NCBI RefSeq assembly: GCF_009914755.1
Contig: NC_060927.1
DNA length: 64,000 bases
Reading direction: 5' to 3' (one strand)
From: the human T2T-CHM13v2.0 reference genome, Homo sapiens
Position numbers and translations under genes: made by a program. A model generated the notes under the pieces. That model saw only the letters and a program-made list of their open reading frames with translations, was not told the origin of the DNA and ran no database searches. Shown in pieces: positions 1-12,674 of the stretch; within the stretch, counting starts at the first letter, position 1, and each line of letters begins with the position of its first letter.

Positions 1-64
1 TCACTAATTGTTTCCAGGGAAAAATCAAGTGTGTCCTAGCTTGAAAGAATAATTATTGAATTAG

Positions 65-205
65 CAGTTCCCAAACTCAGTGATGCATCAAGAATTACTC
101 TGGGGGCCTTTATTTAAAAAGTACTAATTCTCACACTCCCAGACCCCTGCTCACCTTACAAAATCTGAATTGTTGGGGTCATACCCAGGAATACATATAT
201 TTTAA
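65..205 (+). mobile_element. MER5-type hAT-Charlie DNA transposon remnant
   Basis: CAGTTCCCAAACT...GCATCAAGAATTAC...AAATCTGAAT...CCCAGGAAT resembles a degraded MER5A/B. Confidence 0.5.
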
Positions 206-644
206 TTATTATAATATTGAAGTATCAGATATCCAAGAAAAAGAGTGTCCCCAAATCCCAATCCCAAAGCATATCAATTTAAAATTTTTTTCCATTTTTA
301 ACTTCTAATCCCCCCCCATAGGTATATTTAGTACTTTCTTACTTTTAATAATATCGGAGGATTTAATATTCTACAATTTTCATCAGCATTATCTGATTAA
401 TATTTTTGTATTTCAATTGTTTCTTTTTACCTCCCTACACCCCTTCCAGATAACCACTGTTAAAACTTGTCATGTTTTCTTTCCTATCTTTCTCTATGCC
501 AATAGAAACAAGCACATTTTTGGCCACTGCTTCTCTTACAACATGTATCTCCACATCTTGCTTCTTCCATTTAATAATGCATCATATAAATCCCTCCAGG
601 TTCCTAGGTATAGAGCCAACTCATAGGTGCATAATAATCCATGG

Positions 645-1066
645 GGTATTAGTCCGGGTTCTCCACAGAAACAGAACCAACAGGAAGTACAGATAAATAG
701 ATAGATAGAGAGATGGGTTGATCAAGGAATTGACTCGTGCAGTTGTGAAGGCTTGGTTAAGTTTAAAATCTACAGGACTGGCCACAGGCTAGAGACCCAG
801 GGAAGAGTTGCAGTCAGAGTCCAAAGACAGTTGGCTGGTAGAATTTCTTCTCACTCAGGAGAGATCAGTCTTTGTTCTATTAAGGCCTTCCTGTGATTGA
901 ATGAGGCCCACAGACATTATGGAGGGTAATCTGCTGTTCTCAGAGTCTATGAATTTAAATATTAATCTCATCTAAAAGCGCCTTTATAGAAACAGCCAGA
1001 ATAATATTTGACCAAATATCTAGACATGTGGTCCTGTCAAATTGACATATAACATTAACTGTCATA
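645..1066 (-). mobile_element. MLT2-family ERVL solo LTR
   Basis: GTATTAGTCCGGGTTCTCCACAGAAACAGAACCAA at the left end and GTCAAATTGACATATAACATTAACTGTCATA at the right end are the reverse-complemented MLT2 termini; internal (AGAT)n is typical. Confidence 0.85.
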
Positions 1067-1356
1067 TACAGTAGGGACATACCCCAATTCATTCATTTCC
1101 CAATTCATTTCTCTATTAATGAACTTTTAGGGTTTTTTTCCTATATTTTTTTCTTCTATAAACAATGCTCAGTTATCAAAAACTTTTTATTTCCACTGCA
1201 TAGAATCTAAGAAAAAGAGATATAGGGGTTCAGCAGAATGGTTATTTGCAATTTTAATGATGCTGTGGGATCACTTCTGAAAGGAGTTTTTATTGTTCTT
1301 AGGGTGACCCTGACACAGATGGGTCAGCTCTAATTATTGAGAGTACAAATATACAA

Positions 1357-1696
<340 letters not shown>

Positions 1697-2280
1697 TGAC
1701 ATAAAACCTTCTCCAGGGCTGAGACCTTAAAATCTTTCTCATTCGAGTGTGATGATGACTTAGGTTAACATATCTGATAACCGATGTTAATAACTTCTCA
1801 CCACCCACAGGCATGAAAGGCAGAGCTGTGGGAAGAAGGCTTGGGGACTCCTGAATGGCCCAGGGCAAGGATGGCACAAGCTCCTTAACCTGACTTCACT
1901 GGTGCCTTTGTAACTGCTGGATAATATTTTGAATATTAATTTATGTGTTTTTTTTTCTCCCCACTCTGTCCTATTTTGCCCCTTCTTTAGTCAAGTAAGG
2001 CTCTCAGGGGAGGTTTATGCCAAAGATGAAGGTAGAAGTGGCCTGAGAAATTTCTTTTCTCAGGAGATTTCCTAAGTACTGAGAATAAGAAGAGGGTGAG
2101 AAGAGGTAGAGTGGCAGAAAGAGCAGGGAAAAGAGACTAGATAAAAGGATTTGCCCATGCTAGGGGCAGAAGAGGAGAAAGTGCTATGGAACTCTGGACG
2201 CCACTGAACTGCAGAATGGAGAAGGAAGGACAAAGGGTCTCAGGCAGATGGGCCTTGACAACCTCCCAGAAGATTCTATG

Positions 2281-2609
<329 letters not shown>

Positions 2610-2761
2610 TAAGCATAGTACCCCTCATCTAACCTTGGCTCGGCCCTAAAGACCACAGAACTGTGGTGCAGCTCTGGTTCAAAAAACAGTGATAATAACT
2701 GACATTAATCATTTTGCCGGAAGAACGGGAGGCTAGAAGTAGAAATTACGTTGATTTAAGG

Positions 2762-2971
2762 CAGGGTTTCACAACCTTGGCACCATGGACATTTTGGATA
2801 ATTCTTTGTTTGGTGGGCTGGCCTGTGCACTGTAGGATGTTTAGCGGCATCCCTGGCCTCTGCTCACTAGATGCTAGTAGCATCCCCTTCCCAGCGTGAC
2901 AACCAAAAATGTCTCCAGACGTTGACAGATGTCCCGTGGAGGGTAAAATTGCACTTGACTGAGAACCACTG
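2762..2971 (-). mobile_element. MER20 (hAT-Charlie MITE)
   Basis: CAGGGTTTC...TGTAGGATGTTTAGC...CTAGATGC...AAAATGTCTCCAGAC...GAGAACCACTG is reverse-complement MER20. Confidence 0.9.
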
Positions 2972-4431
2972 ATTAAAGGGAACATAAAGAAAGGTTGTGT
3001 GTCTTGAGTTTATGGACACAGATTCTTACCAGCTGTATGTACTGATATCGATTTTATTATGTGCTAAGGGAGACCACCAAGACATTGTGTTTGTGCCAGA
3101 TTTGCCTCCCTGACAATGTTTTGCTTGGGCTAATTGGTAAACATTAGCTTTCATTCTCTGAGCAACTTGTCAACAAAGGGATGGCATCCAGAAATGGAGG
3201 GACATGCGTCTTAATTATACCTGCAGTGGTTAATGGGCCAGTGAGGCATTCCGGGTACTCTAAACCCTTGCTGACTTCTCCCAAGCTGGGGCCTGTCAGC
3301 TCTATCACTGTGCCAGGCTGCAACGAGTGCCAGTTCTGGAAAATCTGGCTGCCCTTCAGGGCCTTTTAATTTGACACTAATAAGCCTGATTTAGGCTTTG
3401 TATTATGGAGCAGCAACCAAATATTATTGCCAGAAAGGGCAAATAGCTGATGTCAGCGGTCTTTTCTAGGCAAGAAATGAACGTGATATTTTCTCCGCCT
3501 CCTCTCTTCTGACTGAGAAGATGATTCCTGGAGATAATCCACTTGGTTATCCGTGGATGTGAACATAATTTGGAGGCAGCAGTCACTCCAGATGGCCCGC
3601 TGAAGCTGGGAGTCCTGAGTTAATTTCAAGCCAAATTTCTCACTCCCTGGAGGAGCAGAGTGGAGGGTGTGTGTGCATGGAGAAGTCCAAGATTTCATAT
3701 CTGGAAAAGAAGACTGGGAGAGGCCAGCATGAATGGCCACTGTCCTCGCCAAATCTGGATGGTATGTCTTAGGTGAGTTGTTAAGAAAACTTCCTGACTG
3801 CCGTTGTGGACAGATCTTGGAACAGACTGCTGAGGGCAGCTGCAGGATGACTTTTTCTGGAGTTCAGAGCTGCCTGGGTGGTTCCAATGCTCTTGCCTGA
3901 CTCAGCTAGCCCAGGCCTCCTGAGTGACCTCTGAAGGTGTGCCCCAACTCACTAAGCCCTAGATCTGTGTGGGCTTCTGAGGGGTGGGGAAGACATGGGG
4001 CCAGTAACATAGAACTATGGTGGATTGGTAGCTTCAATGAGTACAAAAGGAATTCCAGAGAAACTTAGATATTTGGGTGTACATCACTGCTCACTGGAAT
4101 AAAAGAGAAAAAAAGAGAAGCAAAGAGAGAGGGGAGAGGGAAGAAGAGAAAACCAAAGGGAGGATTTTTACAAAGAATTACACATAGACAATCAAGCAAA
4201 AGATAAATGAAAGCCATCAAGATGATTGCAGTGACATTTGATTTAATAGAGTAGAAAGGAAGAAAAGTAGATTTCAGGATGATGGAATGGGACTGTTTCA
4301 TCATATCAATTTTTAAAATATGTATTTCTTTTTTATTGCTAATTTATTACTGAAATATATCAGATTTTCATCTTGTCTTGCATCTTGGGTCTTGGGGAAA
4401 ACTCACTTGGGCTTTGGTCTTAGGAACATGT

Positions 4432-6395
4432 TTCTGTCTATTTTTCCGAATAGTTTGAGGAGAATTGGTGTTAGTCCCTCTTTGAAAGTTTGGTAGAAGT
4501 TGGCAGTGAAGCCATCCAGTCCCGGGCTTTTCTTTGTTAGGAGACTTTTTATTACTGATTCAATCTCTGTACTCATTATGGGTCTGTTCAGGTTTTTATA
4601 TTTCTTTCTGGTTCATTCTTCATAGGTTGTATGTGTCCAAGAATTTATCTGTTTCTGCTAGGTTTTCCAGTTTGTTAGTACATAGTTGTTCATAGTAGTT
4701 TCTTATGATCTTTTGTATTTCTGTGGTATCAGTTGTAATGTCTCCTTTTCCATTTCCGATTTTGTTCATCTGGGTCTTCTCTCTTTTTTCTCGGTTAGTC
4801 TAGCTAGTGGTTTATGATTTTGTTTATCTTTTCAAAAAGCCAACTTTTCATTGTGTTGATCCTTCATATTTTATTTTTAGTCTCTATTTCATTTAGTTCT
4901 GCCCTGATCTTTATTATTTCTTTCTACTAATTTTGGTTTTTGTTTATTCTTCCTTTTGTAGTTCCATGAGGTGCATTATTAGGTTGTTTATTTGAAATCT
5001 TTCTACCTTCTTGACAGAGGCATTTATTGCTATAAACCTCCCCCTTAGCACTGCTTTGGCTGTCTCCCATAGGTTTTGGTATGTTGTGTTTCCATTTTTA
5101 TTTGTTTTTACATATTTTTTCTTTCTTAATTTATTCATTGACCCAATTGTTACTTAGGAGCATGTTGTTTAATTTCCATGTATGTGTGCAGTTTTCACAA
5201 TTCCTTTTGGTATTGATTTCTAGTTTTATTCCATTGTGGTCTGGGAAGATACTTGATATGATTTTGAGTTTTTAAAATTTGTTGAGACTTGTTTTGTGGC
5301 CTAATGTATGATCTATCCTGGAGAATGTTCCATATGCTGATGAGAAGAATGTGTAATCTGTAGCTGTTGGGTAAAATGTCCTGTAATTATCTGTTAGGTC
5401 CATTTGGTCTAAAGTACAATTTAAATTCATTTTTTTTTGTTGTTGATATTCTGTCTGATCTGTCCAGTGCTGAGAAGGGGGTATCAAAGTTCCCAACTAT
5501 TGTGTTGCAGTCTATCTCCCCGTTTAGATGAAATAATATTTGCTCTATATATGTGGGGACCCTAGTGTTGGGTGCATGTGTATATTTAGAATTGGTATAT
5601 CTTCTTGTTGAATTTATCCCTTTATCATTATATAATGACTTTCTTTGTCTCTTTTTACCGTTTTTGACTTAAAGTCTGTTTTATCTAGTATCTGTTCACT
5701 TTTGATTTTCATTTGCATGGAATATCTTTTTTCATCCCATTTATTTATAGGTGAAGTGAGTTTCTTGTAAGCAGAATATAGTTGGGGCATTTAAAAAAAT
5801 CCACTAAACCAGTCTGTATTATTTTAGTGGAGAATTTAATCTGTTTACATTCAAGGTTATTTATGATAGGTGAGGACTCATTCCTGTCATTTTAAAAACT
5901 GTTTTTTGGTTGTTTTGTATAACCTTTGTTCCTTTCTTTTTTTCTTGTCTGCCATTGCTTATGGTGGGTTTTTTGTTTTGTTTTGTTTTGTTTTTGTAGT
6001 GGTAACATTTGGGTCCTTTCTCTTTCTATGTCTGCTCTACCAGTGAGTTTATATTTTTGTGTATCTTCATGATAGTGGATATTGCTCTTTTACTTCCAGA
6101 TATAGGACTTCCTTAAGCATTTTTTTAAGGCCAGCCTAGTAATGAATCCCCTCAGGTTTAGCTTGTCTAGGAAAGATTTTATTTCTCCTTTATTTTTGAA
6201 GGATAGATTGGCTGCAGATAGTGTTTTTGGCTGACAGTTTTTTTTCTTTTAGCAGTTTCTCACATTCTTTCTTTCATCACATTCTCTCCTGATCTGTAGG
6301 TTTCTGCTGAGAAATCCACTGTTATTCTGATGGAAGTTCCCTTATGTGCAACTTGATGTTTTTCTCTTGCTGTTTTCAGAATTTTCTCTGTCCTA
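4432..6395 (-). mobile_element. Old L1 fragment (ORF1 3' part, inter-ORF and ORF2 endonuclease region), disrupted
   Basis: ORFs 5272-5496 (LDQMDLTD..RTFYP...YTFFSSAYGTFSRIDHTLGHKTSLNKF) and 4944-5138 ([23 protein letters not shown]) are L1 ORF2p endonuclease-region peptides broken by frameshifts. Confidence 0.92.
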
Positions 6396-6611
6396 GACTT
6401 TTGTAAACTTTCCTGATTTTAAATTTTAAGGATTTCAAAAAATTTAGAACCAACCCCTGTGTCCAAATGAAGTATGTGACAGGGCTGGATATGACTGTGA
6501 GCTACAGTTTTCAACATCTGGTTTTATTTATCATATATGTTGAAATAAAAACAAAACTAGAGAAATATATAAAAACAGCAAGAACTATTAATAGTTGTTC
6601 CAATGTGTGGG

Positions 6612-6925
6612 TTTTTTTTCTGTTTTTTTTTGTTTTTGTTTTTTTTGAGACAGAGTCTTGCTCTGTTGACCAGGCTGGAGTGCAGTGGTGTGATCTCAGC
6701 TCACTGCAAACTCTACCTCCTGGGTTCAAGAAATTCTCTGCCTCAGCCTCCTGAGTAGCTGGGATTACAGGCGTCCACTGTCATGCCTGGCTAATTTTTG
6801 AATTTTTAGTAGAGATGGGGGTTTCATTATCTTGGCCAGGCTGGTCTTGAACTCCTGACCTCATCATCCACCCGCCTCAGCTTCCCGAAGGGCTGGGATT
6901 ACAGGCGTGAGCTACCACACTGGAC
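6612..6925 (-). mobile_element. Alu (AluS-type)
   Basis: T-rich tail and antisense Alu dimer; CCAATGT on both sides as a partial TSD. Confidence 0.95.
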
Positions 6926-7417
6926 CCCAATGTTTATTTACTTGATCAAATCATTCCGGTCCTTCAAAATGCAATATAAGCACAACCTCTTACTAAAACC
7001 CTTTCTAAACATGCCCTCCACTTCCTACTCCATCATTCCATCCCATCTGCCACCTCTGTGGTCCAAGCCATCATAATACCTTCTGATTGTGGCATGAGAC
7101 AAGACAGCTGCTAGAGCTCCAGCCATCACATCTGCACTCCAAGGAGCAGGTTAGGGGAAGGAGGTGAAGTGCAAAAGGGCCTCCTTCCAGATGAGGCAGT
7201 CCCTCTCAGATGGCTTTCAGAAGCTGTACCCAAGAACTTCACTTATTTATATGTCATTGTTCAGTAATTGCTGCAAGGGAGTTTGGGATATATAATCACA
7301 TCATTAACTGAAGTAAAATCAGACATCTGTGTAAAGGGGAAAAAGATTATTAGGTGGGCAATTAGCATTCTCTTCCATGACTTGTTTTCCTGTTTTTGTT
7401 TTTTTACAAATATGGGA

Positions 7418-7630
7418 ACCACTCAGACTGCAGTCTCTCCCTCTTACTATCCCAGAGGAAGAGAAGAATGGTTATCAATGGCAAATAGCAGTTGCAGCAG
7501 AGCAACACCAAGAGCTGGCTTTTCAGTCAGGAGCAGACACTGTGTCTCCTTGTGGTTTTTCATGCTTTACACATTCAGAGAACTTTCTCTAGTAACAAAC
7601 TATAGAAATGATTCCTGAAAGTATAATCTT
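7418..7630 (-). pseudogene. U3 snoRNA (SNORD3-like) full-length retroposed pseudogene
   Basis: Minus strand reads AAGATTATACTTTCAGGAATCATTTCTATAGTTTGTTACTAGAGAAAGTTCTCTGAA...GCTGCAACTGC...CCATTGATAA...GAGGGAGAGACTGCAGTCTGAGTGGT, colinear with human U3 from 5' to 3' end (213 nt). Box C is TGATGA>TGATAA, boxes B and C' are degraded, and an A-rich tract follows the 3' end. Confidence 0.93.
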
Positions 7631-7639
7631 TCCCTGCTT

Positions 7640-8260
7640 TTACTGTTGTCCCCTACAATTCATTCTCCAAACAACCATTGTTTCTAAATACATTATGCTG
7701 TGTTTCCCAATTTAAACATCTTTAATGGCTCTTATTGTCCTTAGGACAAGGCTACAAATTTTAGTAAGAACTAGAATGCCTGTGCAACTTAGCAGTGCTG
7801 TCAACCTCCTTCTTCCTCCAAGTCCCATCTCTCTTGCTCTCATTCTTGGCTTCGCCTACACTGGCATTACTTCAATTCTTTGAATGTGTCAAGTTCTTTT
7901 TGTCCTTCGCACAGGCTGTTCCCTCTGTCTTGAACTCTCTGCCCCCAGCTGAATGACACTGCCAAGTGTTAGCTGAAATGCTGCCAGGTGTCAACTGAAA
8001 TGTCATATCCTCAGAGAGGCCCTTCCTCACCATTTCATTCAGAGCACCTCCTCCACCCATTCTTCTTGGGCTCTACATTCTCACTCACAACCTCCCCACA
8101 GTTCAGGACACTGTATTGATGTGTGTGATCACTTCTGATGGCCAGTCTTCCTCACTAGACTCCATCTAGGGTAAGGACAGATGCACCGTTTGGTATGCTT
8201 GGCATGCAATCTAGTACCTGACAAATTAGAGGTGCTCAATGAATATCTATTGCCTGAATC
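7640..8260 (+). mobile_element. L2 (LINE2) remnant
   Basis: TCCTCAGAGAGGCCCTTCCT and terminal AGGTGCTCAATGAATATCTATTG resemble the L2 3' region; highly diverged. Confidence 0.55.
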
Positions 8261-8353
8261 TCTAAAATAAGTTAGTATGTTTGTTTGGTGCTATGGTACT
8301 TAAACAGGTGAAGGGTATATGAGACTCAGTTAAACTGAGGATGTAAATCCCCG

Positions 8354-8478
8354 GTTGTGCAGGATCTGATATAATCCTAGATTCATAAGTTTTTGTGCTG
8401 GGTCTGGGGAGACACCCTCTCTCCCCAAACCCAGCACAAAAACTTATGAATGTAGGATTATATCAGATCCTGCACAAC
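8354..8478. repeat. Near-perfect inverted repeat: 59-bp arms, 7-nt loop, 2 mismatches
   Basis: 8354-8412 is the reverse complement of 8420-8478 at 57/59 positions; loop CACCCTC. Confidence 0.98.
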
Positions 8479-9719
8479 TAACCACTTATCAATACCTAAA
8501 ATCACCCCTCCCTTTTTTTCCTCCTTTATTCTTATACAGAATGAACTTTCTAGGCCTTCCTAGTTCAGCTGTTCTATGCTGGGTGATGAATGTGAGGTGT
8601 CTGCTCCTTTATCCTCAATTCAGTTATGTGCATTAATTAAGCATAAATAATTGAGCAGTGGGTGGGGGAGAGGGTGCCCATGTATTTACATCTTGGGATG
8701 TAGCTCTATTGCTCTAAAAAACAAGCATAAACAAATACAACCTTATGAAATTATTTTCCTTTAAATCTTTGCATCCAAAATGCAGGAGAAAAAAGAAAAA
8801 AAAAACTAGGAAGGGAATTCTCAAGAGAGGTATCATGTAACTTTATCTGAGGATGCAAACTGAAGGTGAATGGGGAATACATAAACCAAAGAGCTGGCAA
8901 TGTTTGCAGCTTGAGCAGGGAGAGGCATATCAATTATTGATACTTTTCCTTCTCTAGATGTGTGTGATTCATTCCATGCTGGCTCTAACATATGCAGGGG
9001 AAAAGGAGAGAGAAGAATGTTAAGATTTTCTCACTGGCCAGAGTGCTGACACTGGTTTTCTGCTCCAATTAAAGTGGGACCTTGAGAGTGTGGGGGTGAT
9101 ACTCTTTGTCCAGATGAACTTTGGCAAAGTGATGGAGGATGGGAGGCCCAGATGTGTGACCCAACAGCAGATGTCAGCACTGGGATGGTCCAGCTGAGTG
9201 CACGTTTATGCCTTTCCTTCTCCAAGGGAGACCTCAGGAGATAGATAGTATCTCACAGGCTTACAACAGATGCTAATCAGATTATATCCAGATGCTCTAT
9301 GAACATATGTCAGCAGTTGAAAAGACCTACTCTAATTGAGGCAAAATTACTTTTTCCAATGCTGTAGGTAAAATGCACAAGTAAAAATATAACTCTGTGG
9401 TTGTTTAAATACACCCTAAGGTACTTTTTCTTTAGCACACAGAAAGCCCAGGGTGAACAAATATTGTATGTGCTTGCCAAGAAGTCTGTTGAAGAGACAA
9501 AAGTGGAGAGAGAAAGGAAGTAGGCAGCCTCTTCAGCTCCCTGTGCTTACAAGATGCAATTTCTTAATGGTTTAGGATTCTATCATCCAATTTGAAAACC
9601 ATGCTTTTGTAAATTCTCTTTCTTGCTTGCTGATTGAGGAGCTCCTAATGTTAACAAGTTTAATTTATTACATACTGAAGAATATCCAAAGTGTTTTCTT
9701 ATGTATTTAGTGCAGAACT

Positions 9720-9995
9720 TGTGTTTTTCAACAAATGCATCAACCACCATTTGTTGAGGGCCCACCTTATGCACTGGCCAGTGAGGAGACATCAGTGAAG
9801 AGTGTTGTAGACAGCTGTGAGCTTTCAAGGAGCTCATAGTGTCATAAGGGAGGCAGACAAGTAAACAGGAAATTACGACACACGTGGAAACACCATGATG
9901 GAGAAAGCTTAAGATGCTATGGAAGTATAGAGGAAGCTTGCCAGATGCAGCCTTGCTATGGGGATGGCTGAGAAAGCTTGAGGAGGAACAGATAC
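9720..9995 (-). mobile_element. L2 remnant
   Basis: TTCAACAAATGC...ATTTGTTGAG...AAGGAGCTCATAGT pattern typical of an antisense L2 3' end. Confidence 0.5.
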
Positions 9996-10337
9996 AGGCT
10001 GAAGGGGCTGGATGGAGTAGAGGTGAGGGAAGGGAACTCTTAAGACATGAAACATGCCACACGAGACTATATCAGTGGCTATAAATTACACAAGTTCTGA
10101 TTAGAAGATAAATAACTAAAACTGTAAAAATGGAATGGGCTTCCTCAGAAAACCCCAAAGTTCCATATTATTAGAGGTATGCAGAGACCAGATTAGCAGT
10201 TTGGGAAATTACAAAAATACATTTTTGACCTGGGTGGGAGGCCATACCAGCCAGCTCCATAGTGCCAACCTCAGAGCCAAGCCAAATTTCCAGAGGTAGA
10301 GTTCAGAAATGTGCATTTGTTTAAAAGCTTCCAAGGT

Positions 10338-11103
10338 AGTCATCAGGCAAATCAAAACCACAATAAGATACCAGTCCACTACCACTAGGTGGGAGAAGCC
10401 ATTAAGATGGTTATTTTTTTTTTAGAAAAAAGGGAAAACAACAAATATTGGTGAGGATATGGAAAAATTGGAACCTTTATGCATTGCTGATAGAAATGCA
10501 AAATGGTATTGCTGCTGTGGAAATTGTGTAGTAGTTCCACAAAAGTGAAACACAGAATTACCAAATGATTCAGCCATTCCATTTCTAGGTATATACCCAA
10601 AGGTATTGAAAGCGAGGATTCAAACATATTTGCACATCCTTATTCGTAGCAGCATTATTCACAAACCCAAAAAGGGAAAAACGCCACAATTCCATCAATA
10701 GATGAATAGATAACCAATCTGGTGGTATGTCCATACAATGGAGTATGATTCAGACATAAAAAGGAATGAAGTTCTGATATATGCTACGACGTAGATGAAC
10801 CTTGCAGACATTCTGCTAAATGAAACATAAAGACACAAAAGGACAACTACTATATTATTCCACTTATATACAGTATCTAGAAAAGGCAACAGAAAATGGA
10901 TTAGAGGTCACCAGGGGCTGGGGGTGGGGAATAGGAAGTCATTGCTTAATGGTTATAGAGCTTCTGTTGGGGTAAGAAATAGATTTGGAAATAGACAGTG
11001 GTGATACAACAATGCGAATGTACTTAATGCCACTAAATGGCAGGCACACTTAATAATGGTTAAAATGGTAAATTCTGTTATGTATATCTGACCACAATTT
11101 TTT
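10338..11103 (+). mobile_element. L1M (L1MB-like) 3' fragment
   Basis: CAAATCAAAACCACAATAAGATACC, CCATTTCTAGGTATATACCCAAA, AAAAGGAATGAAGTTCTGATA and terminal AATGGTTAAAATGGTAAATT. Confidence 0.85.
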
Positions 11104-11166
11104 TAAGAAAGACAAAAAGCTCTCTCACTGATTTTAAAGCAGTCAGTCCACAGAGCAGTTAAATAA

Positions 11167-12108
11167 TTTTTTTTAGTTTTTGATTTTTGTGGCTACATAG
11201 TAGGTATATATAATTATGGGGTACAGAAGACATTTTGGTACAGGCATGCAATGTGAAATAATTACATCACAGAGAATGGGGTACCCATCCCCAAGCATTT
11301 ATCCTTTGTGTAACAAACAATCCAATTATACTTTTATTTTAAAATGTACAGTTAAATTATTGACTATAGTCCCCCTGTTGTGCTATCAAATACTAGGTCT
11401 TATTCAGTCTAATTTTTTTTTTTTGCACCCATTAACCATCCCCACCTCCCTCCCCCTACCCTTCCCAGCCTCTGGGAACTTTCTATTCTCTATCTCCATG
11501 AATTTAATTGTTTCGATTTTTAGATCCCACAAATAAGTGAGAACATGTGATGTTTGTCTTTCTGTACCTGGATTACTTCACATAATGTAATGACCTCCAG
11601 TTCCATCCATGTTGTTACAAATCACAGAATCTCATTTTTTATGGTGGAATAGTACTCTATTGTATATATGTACCACATTTTCTTTATCCATTTATCTGTT
11701 GGACACTTCAGTTGCTTTCAATTCTTGGCTATTGTGAACAGTGCTGCAATAAACATGGGAGTGCATATAGCTCCTTGATATGCTGATTTTCTTTCTTTTG
11801 GGTATATACCCAGCAGCAGGAATGCTGAATCACATGGCAGCTCTGTTTTTGATTTTGAGGAACCTCCAAACTGTCCTCCATGGTGGTTGTATTAACTTGC
11901 ATTCCCACCAGCAGTGTACAAGGGTTCATGTTTCTTCACATTTTCATCAGCATTTCTTATTACCTGATGTTTGAATAAAAGCCTTTTTAACTGGGGTGAG
12001 ATGATATCTCACTGTAGTTTTGATTTGCATTTCTCTGATCAATGATGTTGAGCACCTTGTCGTATACCTGTTTGCCATTTGTGTGTCTTGTTTTGAGAAA
12101 TATCTATT
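11167..12108 (-). mobile_element. L1MA-type 3' fragment
   Basis: Antisense L1 3'UTR and ORF2 C-terminus (translation [22 protein letters not shown] in ORF 11947-12309). Confidence 0.9.
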
Positions 12109-12674
12109 CCCATAGGCAGTTTTGGGGAACCTCTGGACTAGCTTATAGCTTATAGAGCTTACAGCTCTAGATGTTTCACAGGCTAAAAAAGCCAAAGTGG
12201 TTGCATGCTTTCTCCTGTATAGGGCAAAGCCAGGTGCAGATGATGTCGCCATCACTGTCAACCAGGAAGACCCTGAGCTGTGTTGTGTAAATATCTGCCT
12301 CTTAAACAAAAAGACACTGTAGGATGTACTTTTGGGATATAGCTACTTGTGAGGACAGATAAGCTCCAAACATTTCTGATATCTGCCTGAGTCAGTAAGG
12401 GGCTTCCCTCTGATAAAAACAGTTAGTGAAATCCAAGGTCTTTCTCCAGGACAGGTGGCAGATGATGGTATATTTCAGTTCCTGTTGCCCACTTCCATGG
12501 ATCACTTATGGGTAATTTCATTTCTTAGGGTCAGATAGAAGCCAACACATGCCAGCATTCCCTTCAGCAGATACTCCAAATTTCATATGCACATATGCAC
12601 CTTGAATCTTCAGATTTGCACCAATCTCCCAAAAGTGGGAAAGGAGGAAGGTGGGTGCAGTTCGGTGTATTCAG

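Noticed and set aside
7418-7630. Functional U3 gene
   Set aside because: Box C, B and C' are mutated, it has an A-rich tail, and I see no snRNA-type PSE/DSE promoter upstream (the flank is L2-like)
8354-8478. MADE1/miR-548-type MITE or tRNA explanation for the palindrome
   Set aside because: Termini do not match MADE1 (TTAGGTTGGTGCAAAAG), no TA duplication on both sides and no cloverleaf; retained as an unexplained finding
9583-10062. 159-aa minus-strand ORF
   Set aside because: Overlaps an L2 remnant, GTG start, no domain similarity or codon bias
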